Shown here: piece after piece, positions 11,369 to 22,895 of the stretch | Position numbering within the stretch: the first letter of the stretch is position 1 | Layout: every line of letters begins with the position of its first letter | From: an uncultured Nitrospiraceae bacterium | GTDB taxonomy: Bacteria > Nitrospirota > Thermodesulfovibrionia > Thermodesulfovibrionales > SM23-35 | NCBI GenBank assembly: GCA_963727775.1 | Contig: CAVSHB010000001.1 | Span: 576,001 to 640,000 of the forward strand | Reading direction: 5' to 3' | DNA length: 64,000 nt | Translations under genes and position numbers: made by a program | The notes under the pieces: generated by a model | Databases searched by the model: none | What the model was told of the DNA's origin: nothing | What the model saw: the letters and a program-made list of their open reading frames with translations, nothing else

Positions 11369-11489
11369 AAGTTCTCCCTATCCATTATTTTACATTAGAA
11401 TAAAAATTCCCCGGTAGATCAACTTGTTTATCCGCGAATAATCTCCTATAATATTAAATTCATCTTACAATTAAGAAACCGGAGGGAAT

Positions 11490-11990
11490 ATGCTGATTAA
11501 GGGCAGAGTCTGGAGATTCGGGAATGACATAGATACAGATGCAATTATTCCGGCGAGGTATCTGAATACCTCTGATCCGAAAGAGCTTGCAAGGCATGTG
11601 ATGGAGGATGCCGATAAAGAGTTTTCAAGTAAGATAAAATCGGGTGATTTCATTGTTGCCGGCAAAAACTTCGGCTGCGGTTCATCGAGAGAACATGCGC
11701 CGATTGCGATAAAAGCGGCAGGCATTCAGGCCGTCATAGCTAAGAGTTTTGCTAGGATCTTTTACCGCAATGCGTTTAACATAGGGCTTCCTATCTTTGA
11801 ATCTTCCGAGGTCTCAGAGAAGATCAGGGAGGCTGATGAGATAGAGATTGACGCGGAAAAAGGATTAATAAAAAATCTGACAACGAATGAAGAATACAAA
11901 GCCAATCCAATCCCTCCGTTTATGCAGGAATTGATCAATGCCGGCGGGCTGATTGAGTGGACGAAGAAGAAGTTAGAAGTTAAGATTTGA
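11490..11990 (+). CDS. leuD: 3-isopropylmalate dehydratase small subunit
   Basis: [41 protein letters not shown]. Confidence 0.93.
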   Translation: MLIKGRVWRFGNDIDTDAIIPARYLNTSDPKELARHVMEDADKEFSSKIKSGDFIVAGKNFGCGSSREHAPIAIKAAGIQAVIAKSFARIFYRNAFNIGLPIFESSEVSEKIREADEIEIDAEKGLIKNLTTNEEYKANPIPPFMQELINAGGLIEWTKKKLEVKI

Positions 11991-12020
11991 AAATTAAGCG
12001 GATAATACAGGAGAACACCC

Positions 12021-13094
12021 ATGAAATCTTATAATATTGCTGTTATACCCGGGGACGGTACCGGACCGGAGGTTATCCGGGAAGGCATTAAGGTATTAGA
12101 TGCGGTCTCGGCAAGGTTCGGCATCAAGTTTAATTTCAATTATTATAATTTCGGGGGGACACAGTATCTAAAGACAGGCGAGGTCTTGCCGGAAAGTGCG
12201 ATCGATGAACTGAAAAAATATGATTCAATCTATCTCGGCGCCATAGGACACCCGGAAGTGAAACCCGGCATACTGGAAAAGGGCATCTTATTAAGATTGA
12301 GGTTCGAGCTTGATCAATATATAAATCTCAGGCCCGTCAAGCTATATCCCGGAGTAGACTGCCCTTTGAAGAACAAAAAACCCGATGATATTGATTTTGT
12401 CGTAGTAAGAGAAAATACCGAGGGGCTCTATACGGGATCGGGAGGCGTTCTCAAAAAAGGGACCCCCGATGAAGTTGCGATACAGGACTCAATTAATACG
12501 AGAAAGGGCGTTGAAAGGTGCATCCGGTTTGCATTTGAATACTGCAAAAAAAGGAACAAGGCCAAAAAGCTTACGCTGTGTGGTAAGACCAACGTCCTTA
12601 CGTTTGCATTCGACCTCTGGGAGAGGGCATTTTATGAGGTGGCCAAAGAATATCCTGATATTAAGGTCGATTACGCGCATGTGGATGCGACCACTATGTG
12701 GTTTATAAAAAACCCGGAATGGTTTGATGTCATCGTGACGGACAATATGTTCGGAGATATCATCACGGATTTAGGGGCCATGATACAAGGCGGGATGGGT
12801 ATCGCCGCGGGCGGAAACATAAATCCTGAAGGCGTATCGATGTTTGAGCCTATCGGAGGGTCGGCGCCGAAATATACAGGTCAGAATGTTGTGAATCCCC
12901 TGGCGGCCATTTGTGCTGCGGGGATGATGCTTGAACAAATCGGAGAAGAAAAGGCCGGTAAGCTTATAGAAAAGGCGGCCATAGAGGTGACAGGGAAACA
13001 TCTTAAGAGTCTTGCCGCCGGGAAGATGGGTTACAGTACAACCGAAGTAGGTGATCTTGTCGAAAAGTTTGTGTCCGAACTCAGTCTCGATTGA
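12021..13094 (+). CDS. leuB: 3-isopropylmalate dehydrogenase
   Basis: [41 protein letters not shown]; directly follows leuD. Confidence 0.9.
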   Translation: MKSYNIAVIPGDGTGPEVIREGIKVLDAVSARFGIKFNFNYYNFGGTQYLKTGEVLPESAIDELKKYDSIYLGAIGHPEVKPGILEKGILLRLRFELDQYINLRPVKLYPGVDCPLKNKKPDDIDFVVVRENTEGLYTGSGGVLKKGTPDEVAIQDSINTRKGVERCIRFAFEYCKKRNKAKKLTLCGKTNVLTFAFDLWERAFYEVAKEYPDIKVDYAHVDATTMWFIKNPEWFDVIVTDNMFGDIITDLGAMIQGGMGIAAGGNINPEGVSMFEPIGGSAPKYTGQNVVNPLAAICAAGMMLEQIGEEKAGKLIEKAAIEVTGKHLKSLAAGKMGYSTTEVGDLVEKFVSELSLD

Positions 13095-13120
13095 CAAAAT
13101 CTCGTTTATTTTGTTATAAA
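13091..13120 (+). promoter_or_regulatory. Putative sigma70 promoter for tRNA-Asn
   Basis: TTGACA (13091-13096), 18-nt spacer containing TG, then TATAAA (13115-13120). Confidence 0.55.
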
Positions 13121-13195
13121 ACAAATCTATCTCTGTAGATGCCCTGAAACGTAAATAGTCTTTAAACAGTTAAGGGTGTAACGTTCTTAAACTAC

Positions 13196-13271
13196 TCCCG
13201 GGTAGCTCAGCCGGCAGAGCAGGTGGCTGTTAACCACCCTGTCGGGGGTTCGAATCCCTCCCCGGGAGCCA
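13196..13271 (+). tRNA. tRNA-Asn (GTT)
   Basis: Acceptor stem TCCCGGG/CCCGGGA, anticodon arm GGTGG-CTGTTAA-CCACC, T-loop GGTTCGAATCC, encoded CCA; 76 nt. Confidence 0.97.
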
Positions 13272-13524
13272 TACCTTAACACGTTGATTTTAAAGGAAAT
13301 AAATTTGCCGGCGTGTTACGCTCAGCAAAACTTTTTGCCCTGTACTCTAAATACTTCATAACCTATGCCTTGTATGCTTTAAACAGCTTTTTGTGCATTT
13401 TCGCCAAAACCGGAATTCATAAAATTTTTAACTTTTTAGCGAATTTCTCGGGATTATTTTACTCCTTACCACTATAGATCCGGGTTGAGATTTCAAAGAA
13501 GCTTTTTGTTATACTAACAAATAA

Positions 13525-13593
13525 ATGAATAAGAAGATATTAGAAAAGGTTTTGTCCGGGATTGCAGACCATAAGGAGCAGAAAAATGTATAA
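13525..13593 (+). pseudogene. hicA: Internally deleted hicA toxin remnant
   Basis: MNKKILEKVLSGIAD-HKEQKNV*: a HicA-like N-terminus joined to a short tail that overlaps the hicB start, in the usual hicA position. Confidence 0.55.
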
Positions 13594-13947
13594 ATATGAG
13601 GTGATAGTTTACTGGAGTGATGAAGATGAAGCATTCATCGTAGAGGTTCCGGAACTTCCTGGTTGTATGGCTGACGGTGCTACATATGAAGAAGCAATTA
13701 AGAATGTACAAGTAATTATTGCTGAATGGATAGAAACAGCGAGGCAGTTGAATCGCGAAATACCTGAGCCCAAAGGTAAACTTGCATATGCATAGCTGCA
13801 AGCCTTTTTATTTAGATGTAAAGATATTCTACGCGGGCTGCACTTTTTGAAATCTCAATCATAATTGGAATTCTGTTGGTCGCACTAAATCTTTTTCTCA
13901 CTTTTGTCCTGCAGTAAACAGCACCAAAATCCGTCGTTCATATAGAA
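13569..13947 (+). repeat. 379-bp direct repeat (hicB plus downstream DNA), copy 1; copy 2 at 35730-36108
   Basis: Ungapped alignment with about 8 substitutions by eye. Confidence 0.92.
13586..13795 (+). CDS. hicB: HicB family antitoxin (copy 1)
   Basis: YEVIVYWSDEDEAFIVEVPELPGCMADGATYEEA...IPEPKG; AGGAG RBS. Confidence 0.9.
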   Translation: MYKYEVIVYWSDEDEAFIVEVPELPGCMADGATYEEAIKNVQVIIAEWIETARQLNREIPEPKGKLAYA

Positions 13948-14069
13948 AGTAACCTTATAAATAAATAAGAAATATTAATTGGACAAATAATCTTTCTTCG
14001 TGTGTAATTGTTAGGGCATAAAATTAGCATTTGTTAAATATACAAATAGTAATATCCGAATAACTTCGG

Positions 14070-14121
14070 GGCGTAATATTTATCAGCGCAATAAGCCTTT
14101 ATCTGTGCAACACTTCTTCCT
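14070..14121 (+). repeat. ~52-bp dispersed repeat, copy 1; copy 2 at 42263-42313
   Basis: GGCGTAATATTTATCAGCGCAATAAGCCTTTATCTGTGCAACACTTCTTCCT versus the second copy: 4 substitutions and 1 gap. Confidence 0.8.
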
Positions 14122-14192
14122 CTAATAGAGACATCTGAGCATGATATAATCGTCTTATGGTATACCTGCAATGAACATATCAGGAGGAACTT

Positions 14193-14768
14193 ATGGATAA
14201 AATAACAATGGATAAAAGTTTGTTTTGCCTGCCTTGGACACAGACTATTCTCGGTACGCACTTGAACGGAAAAGTTAATTTTATGGCTCTTGATTGGCTA
14301 ACCCGTGTAAATTTCAATCCTCCAATGCTTGGAATCTGCGTAAATAAGCAGCATGCATCACACGAGGCTATCCTAACTACCAAGGAATACAGTGTGAATG
14401 TTCCGACTGTGGATATGGTGGAAATTACTGACTTTACGGGACTTGTTTCCGGAAAGCGCGTTGATAAGTCAAAACTATTTGAAGTATTTTACGGAGAACT
14501 AAAAGCAGCGCCTATGATTATGCAATGCCCTATTACTATCGAGTGCAGAGTGGTCGAGGTAGTATCACTACCAACTAACTCTTTTTTTATCGGCGACATC
14601 GTTGGTATTTTTTCTGAGGAGAGATTTATGACGGATGGGAAGCCGGATGTTAAAAAGGTAAATCCATTCCTTTTAACAATGCCTGATAACAGATTTTGGT
14701 CTGTTGGAGACTGTGTAGGCAAAGCATGGAATGCAGGAACTGTTTTACGGGATCAACAAAAAACATAA
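14193..14768 (+). CDS. Flavin reductase family (flavoredoxin-like) protein
   Basis: GKVNFMAL, PPMLGICV, YSVNVP, SGKRVDKS, APMIxxCPITIEC. Confidence 0.88.
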   Translation: MDKITMDKSLFCLPWTQTILGTHLNGKVNFMALDWLTRVNFNPPMLGICVNKQHASHEAILTTKEYSVNVPTVDMVEITDFTGLVSGKRVDKSKLFEVFYGELKAAPMIMQCPITIECRVVEVVSLPTNSFFIGDIVGIFSEERFMTDGKPDVKKVNPFLLTMPDNRFWSVGDCVGKAWNAGTVLRDQQKT

Positions 14769-14984
14769 TCAAGGGTAACTATAATCGGCTCTTCATTAAT
14801 TTATACCGCTTGGATTTAGCGGCAGGGATACTAAGACCTAAGTAATAAAGCCTGGATACCCGGATCAAGTCCGAGCATGACGGCAATTGGATCACGTGGC
14901 TTCATTAATCAAAAGAATTCCTCGATGCTCTGCATCAGGGTTGTTCATTGACATAAATTTACCGGGTTAGTGTATTCTCTAACT

Positions 14985-15623
14985 ATGGCTGAAATTACGA
15001 GAAACAATGCAAGAAAAACGGCAAGGATAGCGGTTGAAAGAAAGGGAGCGACTCAAAAAATATCTGAATTGTCCTCTCTGATCAGCCTTCTGAAAAGAAG
15101 AAAATTAAGATCCGTCGTCGAAATAGGGACCGCTCGGGGAGGAACTTTGTATGCCTGGTGTAAAATCGCTGAGCCCAATGCCTTAATAATAAGTATAGAT
15201 TTGCCCGGCGGCCCTTTTGGCGGAGGTTATACGCTGAATGACATTAAGAGGTTTAGAAAGTATAAAAAGAGAAATCAGGAGGTACATTTTTTCAGGAAAG
15301 ATTCACATATGCAAAAAACGAAAGATAAATTGATCAAAATATTGGATGGCCGCAAATTAGATTTCTTGTTTATTGACGGAGATCACGGGTACAGGGGTGT
15401 CAAGAAAGATTTTCAACTTTATTCTCCTCTCGTGAAACAAAATGGGCTTATTGTATTTCATGATGTTCTTTTCCACCCGAAAGTCCCGAAATGTAAGGTA
15501 GATAAATTCTGGAAAGAAATTAAACTCAAGTATAGAAATGTGGAGTTTATCGACAAAGGAGATGATTGCGGGTGGGGGCAATGGGGAGGAATCGGCGTTA
15601 TCTATTATGTGATGAACCGTTAA
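14985..15623 (+). CDS. Class I SAM-dependent methyltransferase (Methyltransf_24-like)
   Basis: VVEIGTARGGT, LDFLFIDGDH, GLIVFHD. Confidence 0.85.
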   Translation: MAEITRNNARKTARIAVERKGATQKISELSSLISLLKRRKLRSVVEIGTARGGTLYAWCKIAEPNALIISIDLPGGPFGGGYTLNDIKRFRKYKKRNQEVHFFRKDSHMQKTKDKLIKILDGRKLDFLFIDGDHGYRGVKKDFQLYSPLVKQNGLIVFHDVLFHPKVPKCKVDKFWKEIKLKYRNVEFIDKGDDCGWGQWGGIGVIYYVMNR

Positions 15624-15779
15624 GTTTACTCAATCAGGTTTTTCCGACAGCTTTGTTGATTCCCTGCCGAATAGGGCATCCCATTTGACAACTGCCCTTG
15701 CTTCACCTTCTTCAGATACCTGGGCCTTCCTGTCCTGTTTCACGATCGGTTCAATTGCATCCGCACTTTGAAACAATTA

Positions 15780-15886
15780 TGTATATAATGAAACAAAATT
15801 GTTTTATTTAAAACTCCTTTGCAGATGAATGTTTTCGTGCAATGTCTTGATAATCAACGGGTTGAAGCTTTGGCATGGTGATTGCT
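15780..15886 (+). promoter_or_regulatory. nifH promoter: NifA-type UAS, IHF site and sigma54 -24/-12 element
   Basis: TGT-N10-ACA (15780-15795); WATCAANNNNTTR match AATCAACGGGTTG (15852-15864); TGGCATGGTGATTGCT with GG-N10-GC (15871-15886). Confidence 0.85.
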
Positions 15887-15907
15887 CTTATAATTTTTAA
15901 TTGATGA

Positions 15908-16762
<855 letters not shown>

Positions 16763-16833
16763 ATTAAGTGTGCGTGAACTGTTATTAGGGGTCTCCCCAT
16801 AGTATATATGTTGACGCCGTCGATTCAGGGATT

Positions 16834-16910
16834 CATAACCCCTCCTAACCTCCCCTTATCTTAAAGGGAGGATTTCCCCCTCTTGGGTTAAGAGGGGAAG
16901 GGGGGAGTTA
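16834..16910. repeat. REP-like palindromic element between nifH and nifD
   Basis: TAACCCCTCCTAACCTCCCCTT-ATCTT-AAAGGGAGG...CCCCTCTT-GGGTT-AAGAGGGG...GAGTTA; same family as 18413-18465. Confidence 0.7.
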
Positions 16911-16991
16911 CTTCGGTCAATTAAATCCCTAACGGTTTACGCTTTACACATCATCAGCTTACGTTTTTAATTATTGAATACAGGAGGATCA

Positions 16992-18416
16992 ATGAGCACG
17001 ACCATAAAAGACACACAGAAGATGATAGAGGAAGTTCTGGAGGTCTATCCGGAAAAAACGAAGAAAGACAGGAGCAAGCATTTGGCTGCCAATGATCCCT
17101 CCGGTCAATGCAGCAGTTGCCAGGTCAAGTCCAATATAAAGTCCAGGCCGGGCGTTATGACCGTCAGGGGATGCGCTTATGCGGGCGCAAAGGGTGTTGT
17201 CTGGGGACCTGTAAAAGATCAGGTCACCATCAGTCATGGTCCTGTCGGATGCGGCCAGTACAGCTGGTGGTCCAGGAGGAATTACTACAACGGTCAGACA
17301 GGGATTGATACCTTCGGCACCATGCATATAACGACTGACTACCAAGAGAAGGACATTGTTTATGGAGGCGACAAGAGTCTCTATGCAGCATTGCAAGAGT
17401 TGAAAGAGCTCTTCCCGCTTATGAAAAGCATGGGCATACTTTCAGAGTGCCCTGTCGGTCTCATAGGTGATGATATCGAGGCGGTGTCAAAAAAGGTATC
17501 AGCGGAGATGGGCATTCCCATTGTCCCGGTCAGGTGTGAAGGGTTCAGAGGTGTGAGCCAGTCGCTGGGACACCACATCGCGAACGATACGATCAGGGAC
17601 CATATCCTCGGCAAGGGTAAACTCGATAAATCTACCCCCTATGACGTGGCATTGATCGGGGATTACAACATCGGCGGTGACGCATGGGCGTCAAGAAAGA
17701 TGCTTGAAGAGCTTGGGTTGAGGGTCATCGCCCAGTGGACCGGTGATGCATCGATAAATGAGATGGGTATCGCGCATAAGTCAAAACTGAACCTCATTCA
17801 CTGTTATCGTTCAATGAACTATATCTGCCGGCACATGGAAGAACAATACGGCACCCCATGGGTGGAGTTTAACTTCTTCGGCCCGACAAAGATATACCAG
17901 AGCCTGAGGAAGATCGCATCATACTTTGACGACAAAATCAAGGAGAATGCTGAAAAGATGATCGAGAAGTACAAGCCCGTGATGGATGAAGTAGTTGAAC
18001 AGTTCAGGCCGAGGCTTGAAGGCAAGCAGGTGATGCTCTACGTCGGAGGCTTAAGGCCGAGGCATACTATCGGCGCGTATGAAGACCTCGGCATGGAGGT
18101 GGTTGCGGCGGGGTATGAGTTCGGACACAGCGACGACTATAAGAGGACTTATCCCGAGATGAAGGAGGGCGCAGTAATCATGGATGATGCAACGCTATAC
18201 GAATTGGAAGAGTTTACCCGGAGGCTGAGGCCGGATATGGTCGGGGCCGGTATTAAGGAGAAATATTCCTATCATAAAATGGGGGTGCCGTTCAGGCAGA
18301 TGCACTCATGGGATTACTCAGGGCCATATCATGGGTTCGACGGTTTCCCTGTGTTTGCCAGGGACATGGACATGACGGTAAACAGCCCGACATGGGATTT
18401 GATACGGAGGAAATAA
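16992..18416 (+). CDS. nifD: Nitrogenase MoFe protein alpha chain
   Basis: [29 protein letters not shown] (FeMo-co Cys), GGLRPRH, QMHSWDY (FeMo-co His); GGAGG RBS before 16992. Confidence 0.97.
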   Translation: MSTTIKDTQKMIEEVLEVYPEKTKKDRSKHLAANDPSGQCSSCQVKSNIKSRPGVMTVRGCAYAGAKGVVWGPVKDQVTISHGPVGCGQYSWWSRRNYYNGQTGIDTFGTMHITTDYQEKDIVYGGDKSLYAALQELKELFPLMKSMGILSECPVGLIGDDIEAVSKKVSAEMGIPIVPVRCEGFRGVSQSLGHHIANDTIRDHILGKGKLDKSTPYDVALIGDYNIGGDAWASRKMLEELGLRVIAQWTGDASINEMGIAHKSKLNLIHCYRSMNYICRHMEEQYGTPWVEFNFFGPTKIYQSLRKIASYFDDKIKENAEKMIEKYKPVMDEVVEQFRPRLEGKQVMLYVGGLRPRHTIGAYEDLGMEVVAAGYEFGHSDDYKRTYPEMKEGAVIMDDATLYELEEFTRRLRPDMVGAGIKEKYSYHKMGVPFRQMHSWDYSGPYHGFDGFPVFARDMDMTVNSPTWDLIRRK

Positions 18417-18465
18417 CCCCTCCTTGCTCCTCCCCTTAAGATAAGGGGAGGATAGGTGGGGTTAT
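18413..18465. repeat. REP-like palindromic element between nifD and nifK
   Basis: ATAACCCC...TCCTCCCCTTA-AGA-TAAGGGGAGGA...GGGGTTAT. Confidence 0.7.
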
Positions 18466-18507
18466 GAGGCAGCTCAGGCCGATAATAACTTAGGTATGGA
18501 GGATAAA

Positions 18508-20022
18508 ATGTCAAAACTGAAAATAAAGGACCACAATGAACTTTTTCTGGAACAGGAGTATCTCGATCAGTTTGAGAGAAAAAGAGAATTTGAAGATTGT
18601 CCGTCTGCGGAAGAAGTACAGAGAATAGCGGAATGGACAAAGACCGAAGAATATAAAGAGAAGAACTTCGCCCGGCAGCATATAAAGATCAACCCGGCGA
18701 AGGCATGCCAACCTTTGGGCGCGATCTTCTGTTCTTCCGGTTTTGAGGGCACGATGCCGTTTGTCCAGGGAGCGCAGGGGTGTGTCGCATATTTTAGGAG
18801 CCATCTGAGCAGGCACTTTAAAGAGCCGATGTCGTCGATCTCCACATCAATGACGGAAGATGCCGCGGTTTTCGGGGGCTTGAATAACATGATCGAAGGA
18901 TTGGAAAACGCCTATACGCTTTATAAGCCGAAGATGCTCTCTGTATGTACGACCTGTATGGCTGAGGTCATCGGAGATGATTTGAACGCTTATATAAGGA
19001 CGGCACGTGAAAAGGATATTATCCCTAAAGATTTTCCCGTACCGTTTGCTCATACGCCGAGTTTTGTGGGCTCTCACATAACCGGGTACGACAACATGAT
19101 GAAAGGAATACTGAGCGCCGTTACCACAGGCAGGAAGGGTGAGCCGAGCGGGAAGCTGAATATCATTATGGGGTTTGATACTTACACCGGAAATTACCGC
19201 GAGATGAAAAGGCTTCTAAAAGCGATGGACGTCGATTACACTCTGCTTTCCGATGCAAGTGATGTTTATGATTCGCCGAATACCGGAGAATACAAACTCT
19301 ATCCGGGAGGCACACCGCTGGAGGATGCGACCGGTTCCATCAATGCTGTGGCCACTGTAGCGCTCCAGAAGTATTCGACAGTGAAAACTCTGGATTATAT
19401 ACGGAAAGAGTGGGACCAGAAGGCCATCGCGCTTCCTCTCATCGGGATAAAGAATAGCGATAAATTTTTTGAAGAGGTAAGCAAGATTACTGGAAAACCG
19501 GTCCCACAGGAGATCGAGGACGAGCGCGGTCGGGTGGTCGATGCGATGGTCGACTCGCACCCCTATGTCCATGGAAAGCGGGTTGCCCTGGTCGGAGATC
19601 CGGATCTCCTGCTCGGAATGATCAGCTTCCTTATGGAAATGGGAGCATATCCGGTCCACATCGTATGTACTAATGGGGACAAAAAATTCGAGGACGAGGC
19701 ATATAAACTCCTGAGCGAGAGTCCTTTCGGGCAGGAAGGAAAGGGTTACATTCACAAGGACATGTGGCATCTGAGATCATTGATGTTCACAGACCCTGTT
19801 GACCTGCTCATCGGGAATTCATATGCAAAGTTTCTCTGGAGAGATACCGGGACCCCGTTGATCAGGATCGGGTTCCCGATATTCGACAGGCACCATCTCC
19901 ACAGATACCCGATCATCGGGTATCAGGGCGCCTTGAACCTCGTGAACTGGATCGTGAATACGGTTCTCGATGAGATGGACAGAAAAACCATAAATACAAC
20001 GAGCTTTGATGTAATAAGGTAA
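18508..20022 (+). CDS. nifK: Nitrogenase MoFe protein beta chain
   Basis: NPAKACQPLGA, QGCVAYFR, TTCMAEVIGDD, HTPSFVGSH, GFPIFDRHH; GGAGG RBS before 18508. Confidence 0.97.
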   Translation: MSKLKIKDHNELFLEQEYLDQFERKREFEDCPSAEEVQRIAEWTKTEEYKEKNFARQHIKINPAKACQPLGAIFCSSGFEGTMPFVQGAQGCVAYFRSHLSRHFKEPMSSISTSMTEDAAVFGGLNNMIEGLENAYTLYKPKMLSVCTTCMAEVIGDDLNAYIRTAREKDIIPKDFPVPFAHTPSFVGSHITGYDNMMKGILSAVTTGRKGEPSGKLNIIMGFDTYTGNYREMKRLLKAMDVDYTLLSDASDVYDSPNTGEYKLYPGGTPLEDATGSINAVATVALQKYSTVKTLDYIRKEWDQKAIALPLIGIKNSDKFFEEVSKITGKPVPQEIEDERGRVVDAMVDSHPYVHGKRVALVGDPDLLLGMISFLMEMGAYPVHIVCTNGDKKFEDEAYKLLSESPFGQEGKGYIHKDMWHLRSLMFTDPVDLLIGNSYAKFLWRDTGTPLIRIGFPIFDRHHLHRYPIIGYQGALNLVNWIVNTVLDEMDRKTINTTSFDVIR

Positions 20023-20043
20023 CGCGAAAAATGCGGTCGATAG

Positions 20044-20190
20044 CAGGCATATATGCAGAGAAATCTTTCCAAATCGCAAATTTGGATTCAGGGGAATCAA
20101 TTGGGTATGCTGGAAAACATGAAGGTATATCCGGCTTGCAGTTGTCTTACAAAGGAGGCGATGGTAAAGCTTCCCCTGCATATATGCCTG
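20044..20190. mobile_element. 147-bp MITE-like element between nifK and nifEN
   Basis: Perfect 15-bp terminal inverted repeat CAGGCATATATGCAG, extending to 22/25 bp; no coding capacity and no clear target duplication. Confidence 0.6.
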
Positions 20191-20231
20191 TTCATTACTG
20201 CTGAATAAACGACTTTAAATAAGGAATAACG

Positions 20232-22895
20232 ATGTTAACAAACGTGGACAAACTTATTTCAAAAGGGTGCGACGTTGACAAGAAGGACAAAGTCTGCAGG
20301 TCCAGAGGCGGGGAGTCTTGCGCCTTCGACGGCGCTATGATTGTGCTTCAGCCGATTGCGGACACTGCACACATTGTCCATGGTCCGATTACGTGCTGCG
20401 GTAACTCCTGGGAAGGGAGGGGCACACTTTCTTCAAAAGGCAGCCTCCACAGGATGGGCTTCACAACGGATATCAATGAGATGGGCATAGTGTACGGCTC
20501 CGAAAAGAAGCTGTACTCCGCAATCTTCAAGGTATATGAAGCTGTCAGACCGAAAGCGGTCTTTGTGTACGCAACGTGTGTCAGCGGGTTGATCGGAGAG
20601 GACATAGAGTCTGTCTGCAGAAGTGCGGAGAAGAAATTGGGAATACCCGTTATCCCGGTAAACGCACCCGGATTTGTCGGCCCCAAGAATCTCGGAAATA
20701 GAATTGCAGGAGAGGTCCTCCTCGATTATGTCATCGGCAGCGGCGAGGTCCCTTATACAACGGATTACGATATTAATCTTATCGGTGAATACAACATAGC
20801 AGGTGATTTGTGGCTCGTTGAGCCGGTCCTCAGGCAAGCGGGCTTCAGGGTATTATCGAGGATTTCAGGAGATGCGGCGTTTGAAGAGATCACATACGCC
20901 CATAGGGCGAAGTTGAATGTCGTTGTTTGCAGCCGTGCGTTGATAAACATCGCAAAGGAGATGGAACAAAAATACGGCATACCGTATGTCGAGGTATCTT
21001 TCTTCGGAAAAACGGAAATGTCGAAAGCCCTGAGACTAATAACTTCAAATCTCTGCGAGATAGTTGGGACTGGGGCAGCTTTGGGCTTAAGCCTGTGTGA
21101 AAAGGTCGCGGCGATTATCGACACACAAGAGTCAATAATCTCAGAAAAATTAAAATCTTATGCGCATTTAAAAGGCATGAGGGCCATTCTGTATACCGGT
21201 GGAGTTAAAAGCTGGTCATTTATATCTGCTCTCCTGGATTTAGGAATTGAGGTTACGGCAGTAGGGACAAAGAAGAGCACCTTTGAAGATGAAGAAAAAA
21301 TGAAAGAGATACTGGGAGAGAACGCGCCGTTGATAGAGGATGTAACGCCGAAAAATCTTGCGAGACTGATGCGGGGAAATAACGCCGACATTCTTGTCGC
21401 AGGGGGAAGGAACCAGTACCTTGGAATAAAAGAGGGGTTCCCATTTGTGGACGTAAACCAGGAAAGACATACTGCTTATGCGGGATATGATGGATTGGTC
21501 AACCTTGCGGAGCAGATAAGCAACAGCATCGAATTTTATCGGAAAAGCTCAAATCCGTATTTGCCCGCCTTTTCTCAAGTGGGGAGCCGTGGGATTACTC
21601 CGGAGAAACTTGCAGCTCGAAACCTGAAGTCAGAAGATGTACTTGTAAATCCGTTAAAACATTCCCAGACGATCGGGGCTGCTATTGCTTTTCAGGGGAT
21701 TCATAAAGCATTGCCCATCATCCATGGGGCGCAGGGCTGCAACTTTCTGGCAAAGGTTTTATTGACAAAACATTTCAGAGAGCCGATAGCCCTGGCCGGC
21801 ACAAAATTGTTTACGGAAGATGTCGTTATGGGCAGTGAGGAAAACATTATAGGAATTGTTGAAGGATTTATAGAAAAGAACCATCCCGATATCATTGGGG
21901 TCCTCACATCCGGGTTGGCGGAGGTAAAGGGAGATGACGTCCATTCAATGGTGAAGCAGCTGCGGGCAAATATCGCGGGAAAAGGGAAAGGCTGTGAAGT
22001 TATCTCTGTTTCCACACCCGACTATGAAGGAGGACTTGAGACGGGATATGCAAAAGCTGTTGAATCCGTCATTGCGTATGTTGCGGATAATAAAGGTAGG
22101 CATGTATCTCCCTGCCGGCGTATCAATGTTCTTGCGGGATCACACCTCACACCGGCGGACTTTTGGGAATTGAAGGAGGTTATCGGATTGTTCGGTCTGA
22201 GGCCGTTAATGCTCCCTGACCTTTCGGCGCTTGACGGAAGCAGGCAGGGGTTTTCGCCTCTGGCCATGGGAGGCGCAAGTATTGATGATATAGCCGGGAT
22301 GGGAACGGCTGAATTTACCATTGCGATAGGACCCAGCATGGAACCTCCGGCAAAGGCGCTTAAAAAAAGATACGGCATCGAATACAGGGTCTTCGATAGT
22401 GTCTCCGGGCTGAACGACACGGATATATTTATGGAGACTTTGTCGATGATGAGCAACATCCCTGTCCCTTCACAATTTGAGAGACAACGGCGCGTTTTGA
22501 TTGATGGTATGAGAGACGCCCATTTTTTTTACGGGAACAAAAAGGTCTGCCTTGCGCTGGAAGCCGACCTTTCCATACAGATATCAAGGTTGCTTGATGA
22601 GATGGGCGCAGACGTAAGACTGGCGATCATCCCCGTACAGTCCGCGCATGCGCACAAAATGCCGGCGAAGGAAATAGACGTTGCGGATCTTTTTTCGATT
22701 GAAGGAGATTTTGATATCATGATTTCAAATTCTCATGCCGTGGATACCGCCAAAAAGCTTAAGTCGCCTTTGTACCAGATGGGCTTCCCGGTTTATAAGG
22801 TCCTGGGTACGACTTCAAAAGTCACTGTTGGGTACAGGGGAACGCTAACGCTTGTTAATGAAATCGCAAATTTGCTGATTAAGGAGGCAGACTGA
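20232..22895 (+). CDS. nifEN: Fused nitrogenase cofactor scaffold NifE-NifN
   Basis: NifE half: CAFDGA, HGPITC, TCVSGLIGED, YTGGVKSWS, NQERH. NifN half: NPLKHSQTIGA, HGAQGC, HFREPI, GFPVY. One 887-aa ORF. Confidence 0.93.
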   Translation: MLTNVDKLISKGCDVDKKDKVCRSRGGESCAFDGAMIVLQPIADTAHIVHGPITCCGNSWEGRGTLSSKGSLHRMGFTTDINEMGIVYGSEKKLYSAIFKVYEAVRPKAVFVYATCVSGLIGEDIESVCRSAEKKLGIPVIPVNAPGFVGPKNLGNRIAGEVLLDYVIGSGEVPYTTDYDINLIGEYNIAGDLWLVEPVLRQAGFRVLSRISGDAAFEEITYAHRAKLNVVVCSRALINIAKEMEQKYGIPYVEVSFFGKTEMSKALRLITSNLCEIVGTGAALGLSLCEKVAAIIDTQESIISEKLKSYAHLKGMRAILYTGGVKSWSFISALLDLGIEVTAVGTKKSTFEDEEKMKEILGENAPLIEDVTPKNLARLMRGNNADILVAGGRNQYLGIKEGFPFVDVNQERHTAYAGYDGLVNLAEQISNSIEFYRKSSNPYLPAFSQVGSRGITPEKLAARNLKSEDVLVNPLKHSQTIGAAIAFQGIHKALPIIHGAQGCNFLAKVLLTKHFREPIALAGTKLFTEDVVMGSEENIIGIVEGFIEKNHPDIIGVLTSGLAEVKGDDVHSMVKQLRANIAGKGKGCEVISVSTPDYEGGLETGYAKAVESVIAYVADNKGRHVSPCRRINVLAGSHLTPADFWELKEVIGLFGLRPLMLPDLSALDGSRQGFSPLAMGGASIDDIAGMGTAEFTIAIGPSMEPPAKALKKRYGIEYRVFDSVSGLNDTDIFMETLSMMSNIPVPSQFERQRRVLIDGMRDAHFFYGNKKVCLALEADLSIQISRLLDEMGADVRLAIIPVQSAHAHKMPAKEIDVADLFSIEGDFDIMISNSHAVDTAKKLKSPLYQMGFPVYKVLGTTSKVTVGYRGTLTLVNEIANLLIKEAD

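Noticed and set aside
11490..13094. Missing leuC as a pathway defect
   Set aside because: Split leu operons are common and leuC may lie outside the window.
13272..13520. Integrase gene next to tRNA-Asn
   Set aside because: No tyrosine or serine recombinase ORF is recognisable here or near 42191.
16992..20022. Alternative (V or Fe-only) nitrogenase
   Set aside because: No G-subunit gene lies between D and K, and the HCYRS and MHSWDY motifs fit Mo-type NifD.
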